This document shows, in pieces, positions 52,726-64,000 of a stretch of 64,000 bases of DNA (positions within the stretch are counted from its first letter, which is position 1; every line of letters starts with the position of its first letter). The stretch comes from Octopus sinensis. Taxonomy: Eukaryota. The translations under genes and the position numbers were made by a program. The notes beneath the pieces were generated by a model, which was not told where the DNA came from, ran no database searches, and was given only the letters and a program-made list of their open reading frames with translations. The DNA lies in assembly GCF_006345805.1 (NCBI RefSeq), contig NC_043001.1, forward strand, positions 56,606,001 through 56,670,000, read 5' to 3'.

Positions 52726-55700
52726 ATAATCCTTTCTATACAAAGCGCCAGAGTTAAAGCTTGGGTTAGCATTTTAGATCAATCTCAGTACTCGATTGGT
52801 TCATCATTTTATCGATTACGTTGGAATGAAAGCTGAGATGATGTCAGCTGGATTTTGATTTTAAGTATTTTTGAGTTTGCATAAATGTATCGTGATTGTG
52901 TCTTGTCAATTATAAAGCAATGCAAAATATTCTAAGATGTATTTTATTTAGTGACAATATGCTTGTTTAAGATGAACCGTCTTTAAAGCAAAATATTAAG
53001 TTCTTGTCTAAGAGGCAAAGGTAACTGTTTTTACCTCGTGCATAAGGTTTGAAATGCGATGTATTTTAAGCTATTTTGGTTCGTGATGTTATTTTTCAAA
53101 GATCATATGTATATTAACAAACTTGTACCCAAATATCTTGCCAAATATCTGAAAGAAAATTGATACTGATTAAATCATTTAAATATATTTCCATTTAACC
53201 CAATATAATTTTTCGAAACTTGAATATTTGCTCTAAATTCTTTTGTATCATATTCTATCGATTTCAAATGTCATGAATTATTTAATTAACGATTTATAGT
53301 GCTAAAACAATTGTATAAGCGGTATGTAATAGACATTTAATGCTTTTACTGTGATGTTTGCCGTGTCTATTGCAAAATTACGTGTGAAGTTGAAGCTAAA
53401 TTTAGTATTATTTGTATTATAATTTTATATTTATGATTCCTCGGGAAGTGTTTACTTAAACCATAAAATTAATGTTTAGCAATATGTGTACATACATTGA
53501 AATTGAATGAGGTAGTGAGCCAAATGGTTTTTCGTTTTCCATTTCCGTGTGTGAAAACTGATATTATTTATATAACCAATTTTATCTTAGAACCCACTTA
53601 ATTTGCTGCTTCATTGTAATGATGTGCTACTTTGTTGTAGGAAGCTCTGTCAACCGAATTACTAGTTAGTCGGTTATAAAAGTTTTCCACTAAATTATTA
53701 GTTATAGTAGGTCGGTGATTTGAATATATAGTCCTGTACTGTAGCGTTACATTTGATTTCATGTGGGCATTTACTTCTTTTTAGATCCAAGAGTAGCTTT
53801 CGAAAATTAGCCTAAAACAACTGCTTTTTAAAAGAAATTTTTTACGTGGAGATTTTCGATGTCTCAAATATTTTGTGAATCTACCCAATTGTTGAACATT
53901 CTTATTTTGTACATCATCCCGAAATTCATTCGTATTTAGTACATCATTCCGAAATACACTGCATTTTAAATATAGTAATTGAATTTATTGCTCAACAAAA
54001 TAAACTATAACGGCTGTATTTCCAAAGATTCTAGTGTACACATCGAAAGAATAAACATTATTTTTCTTTGCCCATAAAATGTAGAAGTTGAGATCGTCAT
54101 CGAATCACCGACGGAAATATAATGTGCTGAAATCTAATATTCTTTGGAGCAAAATCTAGGCTAAATATCGAAAAATTCGACAATGTTGGAATCAGAAATT
54201 TTATATAATTTCTGTTGCTTAAATTTTTGAACCAGTAAATGATAAATGTACTGCTATTCCATGGTATCACCTTATTTTATTCATACAAGGAAAATATCTG
54301 AGTAGTTTTTATCTCAGTATATAACGGCCACTTTTGTTTGTGTTCCTGAACCAGCAAGCATCTTAAGGGGTTAAGGATAATTTAGACGAGATTCAGCTCC
54401 TATTACTTATGGTTGAAACAACCACGTGATAACCTTTCGTCGGTTGGTTTCGAATCCGTACAGACCGGAATGAAAGAAATGTTACACCAAATATTATGAA
54501 CAAAATACTGAAATGTGCCTAATAAATATGACACTGAGTCGTTCACGTTGCATGAGAAGGATGGAGATTTTGGAGAACGCCGTGTCGGGCATGAATACTT
54601 GGATATGAAATGTTAACAACCTAATGCACCACAGTGTACTAGCAGAAGACAAATGGGCTATGGACTGAGAGAGTGACTGAACATCAGAGAAAAGTAAGCT
54701 GATATGGACATGAAATTTTGATGAAAGATAAGTTCTTCGAAGAAATAAGTACCATGGTAACGGAAAAGAGAGAGGAAATAATAACGTGCAGCGCTTCATG
54801 CAATAGATGGCAAAAAACGTCTGATGAGGAAAAGCAATGCCGTCTATAGAAAGTAAAAGTGACGACGTTAATCATGATTTACCTGCAAGCTATTTTCAAT
54901 AAATTTTAAAAAATTGCAAACTTTTCAGTAAATATCTTAATAGACAACCTGGTAACGCGAACGTCGGTTCATATTGTAATGTATAGTTATGTCCTGTGTA
55001 TTTCATTGTTTGAAAGCTTGCAGATATTTCAGAGGACACTATATAAGGATAGATAGGCACTTCAAAATATCTCCTCTTCCCAACACACACACACAAGTAA
55101 TAGTTGATATATGAAATATAGCAGCAATTAATGCTGACAGCTTTTGACCGGGTCTAATGTTTGATGGACTGTCTCTTAACATGCTTGCTACTTCAGCAAA
55201 TTCTAATTTCACTGACAAACTACCATCCGGTTTCAACAAGTGAATGCAAGTTCAGACATCATTCAACCTTATAATTGCAGTAATTCATGCGTTATTATAG
55301 ACTTGTTGACAAAATAATGATTATACCACGTAATATAGATGGATAGCCATCATCAGACAAAGGACTAAATACCTGTCTTGTTTTGCATATATTCCTACAG
55401 ACACATATTTACATACATAAAAACATATAAACATACATATGTGCGTGTGTGAGTGAGTATGTGGGAGTGTGTGTATGTATGTCTACGTGTACGTGGCATG
55501 TGTATACATAGAGATCATGGGTATAAATATATATATATATATATATATACCTCTGTGTGTTCTCATAGACACAGACACACGCGCGCACACACACACGTAC
55601 ACATACACTCACTTATATATATATATATATATATGAAAATCTAGCTATCGTATACAAGTAGATACATACAAACTTACATAGCTTATAAATATACATTGAG

Positions 55701-56228
55701 AGATAGACACAAATGCTTTTTTATAAACACAAATCACTCTTCCATATGTAGTTATCTACATATCTATATAAATACATACATACATTCATTCATTCATTCA
55801 TATATGCATACATAGGCACACACACACATCTGTCTCTCACGTATGTATGCATGTACATATACACATATACATGATTGTGTTCATATGTATTATATATGAA
55901 TACATGAATACATACGACATACACACAATAAAGTAAAAATTCAAAGAATATATATTTATACAGGCACTCTCACTATTATACACACTCATTCACACTCAGA
56001 CACACACAAGCACATCACACACACACGCGCATAATACATACATTCATATATACATACATGTATGTATGTATATGTACATATCTATGTATATATATGTATC
56101 TCCATCAGTGTACATATATGCGTACACACACACATATATATATATATATATACATACACATACATGCATACATACATACATACATACATACATACATACA
56201 TACATACATACATACATACATACATACA

Positions 56229-56264
<36 letters not shown>

Positions 56265-56912
56265 TATACATACACTGCTGCAGATGGAGATACCCACGCA
56301 TACATACTGTTAAATAAATAAAATGGCCACGCAAATAGCACACAGAAGTGACATTAAATTATATGAATGTCAAACAGATTGTATCCTGTCTGGAAATCTA
56401 AATTCTCTAAATCTATATTATGTTTCAAGATATTTAGTTATCTGACAGCATACAAGTCTGGAACGGCACAACTGGTGTATGTTTCCAGGAAGAAATTGAT
56501 CTAAAGTTACTCAGAGAAACATTGTGTATGTTCTATGAGAAAGAAGTGGGATTTGCCACAATGTTGAGTTTTAGAGATGTGTCCTTACCAATGAAGAACT
56601 AAAGAGCGTAGCATTTGAAATAATGATTCGCTGTACTTATACGAGAGAAAACGATTACGATGGAGGTGTATACCAACTGAAGTAGTCACGGTAGAAAACT
56701 GGTATCGAAATGATTTAATTGTGCAAGTGTATATGTTACATAAACTAACCCTATGCTTATAGATTAAATCAGCAATGTATATATATATATATTACTAATA
56801 CTACTAATATAAGGATAATATTAAAAAAAAAAATTTTATCACTCGCCAGCATATTAAAATATCTTTTAAGATGTAAATTATACAATTATAAATACTTATA
56901 TATAAGGGCAAA

Positions 56913-57067
56913 AGAAAAATATTTTTATGTTAATATGCTGAAAAATAGACTTTAGATCGTTTAACCACATACAATATAACACTTCCATCGTAATATATTG
57001 TATTTTGTATGTGGTTAGACGATCTAAAGTCTATTTTTCAACATATTGGCATAGAAAATGTTTTTCT
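56913..57067. repeat. Fold-back inverted repeat (MITE-like)
   Basis: Arms of about 66 bp (56913-56978 and 57001-57067) with a near-perfect core AAAAATAGACTTTAGATCGTTTAACCACATACAA / TTGTATGTGGTTAGACGATCTAAAGTCTATTTTT. Confidence 0.85.
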
Positions 57068-57269
57068 GTTACTCTTATTTATAATTAATTATATATATAT
57101 GTGTCTACGTGTGTGTATTATATAAATATATAAATATACACATATGGATATATGTATATATCATTATTCAATTTATTTCAAGATAACTTGCCAATAGGGA
57201 AAGAACCGGTTTCTAACCTACATCCAAGGTTCCTTCAGTAGAATTTCAAATCAACAACAGAGTATTTTT

Positions 57270-57417
57270 GTTTGTATGTATGTATGTATGTATGTATGTA
57301 TGTATGTATGTATGTATGTATGTATGTATGTATGTATGTATGTATGTATTTATTTATGTATGTATGTATGTATGTATGTATGTATGTATGTATGTATGTA
57401 TGCATGTATGTATGTAT
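57270..57417. repeat. (TATG)n array at the R4 3' end
   Basis: Direct. Confidence 0.95.
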
Positions 57418-57419
57418 GA

Positions 57420-57965
57420 AAGTATGTGCAGATTTGATTGCTTTATGTACGTATTCTCATGCATATACTTGCATATCTAGACATGCTCATACATATTTAA
57501 ATTATAAACATCTGGCAAGTTTTACAGATGTTTACAGTTCCAGTGATGGATTGGATCTGTAGTCTTGGAATTAACTTTCTCGTTTCTGGTTTTGAGAAGC
57601 CTAATTTCTCAAAATTGGTATTTAGGCAGTGTGTTACATATCCCAGGGCCCCAATAATTACAGGTATAAACCTGAACTTGTAATCTGGATAGAGTAACTG
57701 CAGATTTCTCAATAGTTCGGCATAGGCGTTCTCTTTTTCACTGGTCTTCAGCTTTATGTTAACACCCACTGGGCTGCTAATTTCCACAACTGTGGGATAA
57801 AGAAGTTTCTTTTCTTTATCCCAAATCATTAAATCAGGCCGTGCTGACATTTTATTGAGGTCTTCCCTGGTACATTCCACCAGTATCCCTTTTCAGTATG
57901 AGTGGCTATGGCTTCTTATCTCTTTGTCCTCAAGATTATCCTCCCGACGGGTTTCATTATAGTGT
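57420..57965 (-). mobile_element. R4/Dong-clade 3' end with restriction-like endonuclease
   Basis: YWWNVP..RPDLMIWDKEKK..VVEISSP..KEN.YAEL...IPVIIGALG..LQIQSITGTVNICK fits the PD-(D/E)xK RLE pattern, followed by a short 3' UTR and (CATA)n. Confidence 0.85.
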
Positions 57966-57984
57966 CCTATATGTATGTATGTGT

Positions 57985-57985
57985 G

Positions 57986-58082
<97 letters not shown>

Positions 58083-58089
58083 GTACATA

Positions 58090-58160
<71 letters not shown>
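57985..58160. repeat. (CTAT)n plus (TAT)n microsatellites
   Basis: Direct. Confidence 0.95.
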
Positions 58161-59866
58161 GCGACGGAAGCAGTATTGAGATCAAAACGTGATCTTCATA
58201 TCCAACTTAACACCAAATGCTACGTTATTAGCATATCCTCGAGATATCCTCGGATTTAGGCACTTGGTTCATAACACTACACACATAAATCTGAAACAAC
58301 CACAAGATAATCTCCCGTCGGTTGGTTTTGAATCCGTATAGAACGGAATGAAAGAAATGTTACACCAAATATTATGAACAAAATGCTGAAATGTGCCTAA
58401 TAAATACGATCCTGAGTCTTTCACACTGCATGAGATAGACGGAAAATCGGCTGTCATGGGCACCGAAATTCACATGTTATTTCTTTCTACTGGAAGTCAT
58501 CAGCGGGAGGCTTTCGGTCACCGCATGCCACTTAAATCTCGCTGCTACGATATAGAGAACATCAGCATCTTTTCAGACGCTTATGCCGCAGAAAGCTACC
58601 TGAGGGTCAATCAATTGAAGGCAAATTCCATTATGATTTATCGATTGTGTGAAATATCGTGTCAGGAAACAGCATTGTTGTAAATTTAGGAGGTTTACTT
58701 TGCATGGAGCCATCTTGGTTGAAAAAGTTTGGAATGAGAGTTTTCAAAAAATTAGATGTGATCTTTCATCAAGAGTCAAAACGGCCCTGTATATATCCTG
58801 TAGGAGGGAAATTTTGCAGGCTGCGCAAAACATGAAGGCAGCATTATGGATATTAATCATGGTTGGGGTTGCATTTTTAGTCAAAGACTATTCAGATGAT
58901 AAATGCAAATGTTATGTTTTCGTCATTGTGTATATATATTTCGGGTTATTGGAATTGATTGTAAGAGAGATATGAATGGAAACATGCAAAACAATTGGTC
59001 ACCTGCCTAGACATCTCTAAGTTGGTCCAGTAGTGAAATGCACTTTCGGTTAGAGCTGGCTAGCATATATACAATGCTAACATATATCAAATAAAATGCA
59101 ATATTTCATTCAATCAAGTTTGCCAACATTTTCTCCTGTTGAACAGTTTCTGCTTTCGTAACCACATAAATAATAGTATAGTGATCATTCCTTATCATTG
59201 AAGAGTTAACATGCGATTGTATATTTTATAATTATCTAGCAATTTAAAGTAAATGTATTTTAGCCCTCAGGGTAACTGCTCTGTAGGAAAACCACATTAC
59301 TCTGTCTGCTCTAATTTGTCGAACTAATACTACTTTTAATTCCCAGCTAGTTGGTAAGTGATAATAAAAGAATCCTGCAGTAAATTCAACACGAACCAAT
59401 CAAATTTTCTTTCTGCTGTCACATTCTACTGTCTTTAAAGTTTGATATCTATCACTGTATTGAATACTATAACATTATCCACATGTTGCCTGAAACAATA
59501 GACGAGATTGGACTTAGCTGAAATTGATTTCATCCTATATCTGTTTAATAATTATGCTGACATGCAATAATGCTAACAGCAGCAAAAACTTGATCCAATG
59601 AAATACAAATTAAAAAAAAATAACATTTCTCACATGCTAGAACTGAAATACTAATGTAAAAGCACACAAAATAAAAAGAAAGGATAATGAAAGAATATAT
59701 GTACGATAATGGTGATTTCTACCCCAGTTCTAGATGGGTTCAATATTTTATCAACCTTAGAAGAATGAAAAGCAATTTTGACACTGGAGTGATTTGAAAT
59801 CACGAATTACAACGATACCGCATTGTATTTTTCCAGCAACATCTACATTAGATAGGCCTATGTTAA

Positions 59867-61095
59867 CCCTTGAAAACATGGAAGTGACCTCAACTATCAT
59901 TTTTGTGTCGGAGCCATATTTTGATATATAAAAAAATTATTTAATTTAAATCAATGGTGCTGTAAATTAATACTATATGCTGATCTTAATCCAAGGTTTA
60001 CTGGTAAAAATTTTTTTCCTGTGTCCCTGTCATTCGTATGTCTTATTTTGTAAAAATAATAAGTTCGCATCTACAAATATTTCTCGAGTTTTCCTTCGTG
60101 TTTGAGAACTTCTACAGTCTTCTAGATGTTTTTTCCCTATATTCTTTTATTCTTCTTTTATTCTTTTACTTGTTTCAGTCATTTGACTGAGGCCATGCTG
60201 GAGCACCGCTTTTAATCGAATAAATCAACCCCAGAACTTATTCTTTTTAAGCCTAGGACGTAAACACACCAACATCGGTTGTGAAGCGATGGTGTGGGGG
60301 AACAAACAAACACACACACATATATATATATGATGGGCTTCTTTCAGTTTCCGTCTACCAAATTCACTCACAAGGCTTTGATCGGCCGAGGCTATAGTTG
60401 AAGACACTTTCCCAAAGTGCCACGTAGTGGGACTGAACTTGGAAACATGTGGTTAGGAAGCAAGCTTCTTACCGCACAGTCATGCCTGCACCTATACGGA
60501 ATGTTTTTAATATTATTTTGTGATTCTGGCATTGAAAAATAGGAATTTTCTTGAAGCGTTGAACATGATCCAACCCACCTGGGATGAAATAATTATACAA
60601 AAAGGGGTTGACAAAAGGAGTTGACTCATTTGGTCAGCTGATTAGATACTATTTGGTGCAGTGTGTCACACGAAGATGGCCAATGGTAGTGTTTTTCAAT
60701 TTGATTAATACAGCAGCATATATAATGAAAAAAACACCTACAATTCAAACAGAAGAACAAACTCCTATCAAGTCGCGAATTTTTTAAAATGCTGGCTGAA
60801 GAACTCGTTGGTGATGAAGAGCCTGAAGAAATATTTTCAGTATCCAAAAGAGAGAAAATAGGTGACTCATGAAGATTTTGCAGGATTTTTCCTTGGGGTA
60901 AGTAGAAGAAAAAAGGGTAGAATTTAGCGGTCAAAAATGTTTGCATGTGAAAGCTACAGTGAAGAAGTAGTTTTGTGATTGAACTGTGTAAATGAATTTT
61001 TTAATGTTTTGTATATATTTTTCAATGAAAATCTGATTGGGCTAGTATGGTCACCTTAATGTGCTTATGTAACCCATTTTTTCATATTTTTAGGG
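59867..61095 (+). mobile_element. Internally deleted piggyBac element flanked by TTAA
   Basis: TTAA at 59863-59866 followed by CCCTTGAAAACATG; CATATTTTTAGGG followed by TTAA at 61096-61099. Transposase C-terminal fragment LTKGVDSFGQL..VTRRWPMVVFFNLIN..SREFFKMLAEELVG at about 60600-60990. Confidence 0.85.
60140..60495 (-). mobile_element. SINE family B nested in the piggyBac
   Basis: CTTGTTTCAGTCATTTGACTG..GGCCATGCTGGAGCACCGC and CTTTCAGTTTCCGTCTACCAAATTCACTCACAAGG. Confidence 0.9.
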
Positions 61096-62686
61096 TTAAT
61101 ATGGATGGTGAGTTGCAGGAGAGGTACAGAGGATTAGATTAACCCTAAAACTTGACAGATATTTTTTAGTGACCCTAAGGAGGATGAAAGATGGATAAAC
61201 TCCGGTGGGATTCGAACTCACAATGTAAATAGAAACTCCAATATTATAGAAGGTATTCAATCCAACTCTACCGATTCTTCCTATTCGTCGTTATATGATC
61301 CAACAAGGTCTACATGTTAATATGACCTGATATAGAAATAGCAAGTAAGACTTCCTTAATTTGCAACCGACTAAAAATGGAATTGTGAATTGGATTGTGT
61401 CGTCCTATATATCCTATTCTTCAACCCTTTTACTGGTCTCAGACTTTGGACTGCGGCCATGCAAGGCCATAGCCTTCAAGGATTTTATGAGCCATTTATA
61501 ATTTTTGTATACAACTAATTTTATCAACTCGAAATTTTAAGTTACACGAACTTAAAAGATACAACATGAAAAATGGCAATGATATAAGCAGATATATGTG
61601 TGTGTGTATGTGTGTGTATGTGTGTGTGTGTGTGTGCGTGTGGGTGCATTAATAAGCATACACACATACAACAGTTTGCATATACAGTTTGCATCACTCA
61701 AATTTCACTCATAAAACATTAGCTAACCCTTGGCTATTGTAGACGACACTTGCTCCAAGGTCCACTGAGTAGCGTTGAACCTGGATCCAATTTCTTATGA
61801 AAGGAAATTCTTAATCATATAACCATGCTCATAACTTTGTCTAAAAAATGAGAGAATCTCTTTAAACGTAGGTCTCGAATAGGGCTGATGTAGGGTAATT
61901 ATTTTATATTATATTGATAGAACTATCAACTGTATTGAAGCAATCTGGAAAGAATACAATGTTAAATACAATATTTGCGTTTTGCATTCTTGGGGATATG
62001 AGGTTGTCCAAATAATCATCGCATAACATTTTTGTATAATTGAAAGGGAGTAAAGTTAGGAATCAGCTGCTACTTCAGAAAAGTAAAAAAAGATAAACTA
62101 AATAGGAAAAAAGAAAAGAAACTGCGGACAGTAAGCAGTTGAGTTTTTCTCTCTAGAATTTAGCTTAATTTGCAAAGCAACATCTCATATGGTACAAAAT
62201 CCAGTTCTTTTAACTGCAGACAAAACATTTTTATCATGAGAAATTCAATGTATAACTTCAATCATGTGAATACACGTTCGGGATATAAAAATATATGCCA
62301 TAAAACAAAACAAAAATGTTGTAAAAAAGCACAGTGGAGTTGAAATAGTAATGATAAAAGAGTTTTAATAACAACAAGGACAACTACAATAACCGAAAGC
62401 AATTAATGAACACATTTATTTGCATATAGATGTTAAGATTTCCCCTAAGCAACACACTTCAAGTAAAGGTTACATTAAAAGCAATCTTTGAACTTTGATG
62501 AGGAACAGTTGGTAGGAGTCTAGAAGTAGCAAGAAGGAGAGGGAATAAAGATGGAAGCGAACAAATGAAAAAACAGCAGCAACAACAACAAAAATGAACA
62601 GCCAGTTATCTTTTTTATTGCTATTCTCTTAGGTTCCATTTGTCAGAAGAGGGCAGCACGGCTGTAATAATAGCAGCATCAGCAGC

Positions 62687-62718
<32 letters not shown>

Positions 62719-63264
62719 ATGGTGGTGGCGGCGGCGGCGGTGGTTGTAGCACTGGTCGGACAGGGCCAGGATAACAATAGAACTGATTGGAAGTGTATGT
62801 AGAAAGAAGGAAGAGATTGATTGAAATTAATTTTTATGGTAAGCCTTAAAATCAGAGGAGGCTTAATATGGAAATTACAGTACAGTTATAATTAGGTGTC
62901 CTTTGTGAAGGGGAAAACGGTTTTGGGCTATGAGTTGCAGATAAGATTTCAATTTGAACTAATCCTTACAGATTTGTTCAAATCACCAACTGATCCCCCT
63001 AATTTCTTTCTGTAGATTCATGCAATTTTATACAGTATTTTTTAAATATCTATATACATTTTTATTTTTGCACAGACAAGTTTTTACTTTTATTGTTTCG
63101 ATTGTATGACGAGAATTTCTTTCTTTCTTGTTTTGGTATATTTTAATCAGTCTTCCATTCTGCAGACAAATCACGGAATGAACATGTTCAGCCATTCAAC
63201 AGAATTGAAACCATTATCATATTTTATAATGTTTATAAATATTCATGTTTGCCCTTTCTGCATC

Positions 63265-63519
<255 letters not shown>

Positions 63520-63520
<1 letters not shown>

Positions 63521-63725
63521 TGCAAGATGGCCGTACGTTAGCACCCCGGCTAAAACGCTTAACTGCATTTCGTCTGTCTCTATGTTCTGAGCTGAAATTC
63601 CACGGAGGTAGGCTTTGTCATTCATTCTTTCGGGATCGATAAAATAAGTACCAGACAAGTACTGGGTCGATCTAATCGACTAGTCCCTCCCACTATATTT
63701 CAGGTCTTGTGCCTATATCAGAAAT
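63520..63725 (+). mobile_element. SINE family C, degenerate
   Basis: TTAGCACCCCGGCTAAAACGCTT..TTCTGAGCTGAAATTCCACGGAGG..CGATAAAATAAGTACCAG..TACTGGGTCGAT. Confidence 0.8.
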
Positions 63726-63807
63726 AAATTCTTCTTCTTCTTCTTCTTCTTCTTCTTCTTCTTCTTCTTCTTCTTCTTCTTCTCATCATTGTAATCATCG
63801 TCGTTGC

Positions 63808-63843
<36 letters not shown>

Positions 63844-64000
63844 TATTTTCTTTATGAAACTGTGTATTGAAACAAATATTATTATATTCCGGGACGATCA
63901 TTTTTTTTTTTTGCCAAGTAAACACGCACTATATACTGTCGATAAATCTTTAGTCACGCATCTGGTACCTCTTCAGCTACCCTTTCCATCCTCGTGCATT

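Noticed and set aside
54361-54375. AAGGGG-TTAA resembling a piggyBac right end
   Set aside because: No matching left end or transposase sequence found upstream.
54822-54858. CTGATGAG...GAAAG
   Set aside because: No stem II or stem I complementarity.
55035-55075. TATA-box-like CTATATAAGG
   Set aside because: An isolated motif in AT-rich DNA with no linked exon evidence.
62635-62785. Ser/Gly-rich reading frame after an AG
   Set aside because: Explained by (AGT)n and (GGC)n microsatellites; it ends in a stop with no donor.
63150-63245. Acceptor-like TTCCATTCTGCAG followed by an open frame
   Set aside because: No donor before the microsatellite and no recognisable peptide.

Overview
This is eukaryotic, AT-rich DNA saturated with microsatellites and transposable-element remnants. 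I could not identify a host protein-coding gene, tRNA, rRNA or CRISPR array with confidence, so the window is probably intergenic or lies inside a very large intron. The SINE families and repeat style resemble an octopod cephalopod (Octopus-like) genome; this is inferred from recognition, not from a database search. Almost all ORFs in the supplied track are translations of simple repeats. Recognisable elements: a young 5'-truncated RTE LINE with an open 553-codon frame (7077-8810); Tx1/L1-like LINE pieces; several R4/Dong relics; a CR1-group 3' end; two Penelope-like GIY-YIG fragments; a Gypsy integrase-PPT-LTR-PBS segment; a hAT transposase relic; a TTAA-flanked piggyBac; and many tRNA-derived SINEs. 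The most interesting signal is a tRNA-headed SINE at 22183-22533 that carries a minimal hammerhead ribozyme and an inverted copy of its own 3' end, consistent with a SINE mobilised by Penelope-like elements. A second hammerhead lies downstream of a Penelope endonuclease (32262-32338). Several retroelement families sit inside, or end in, specific microsatellites.
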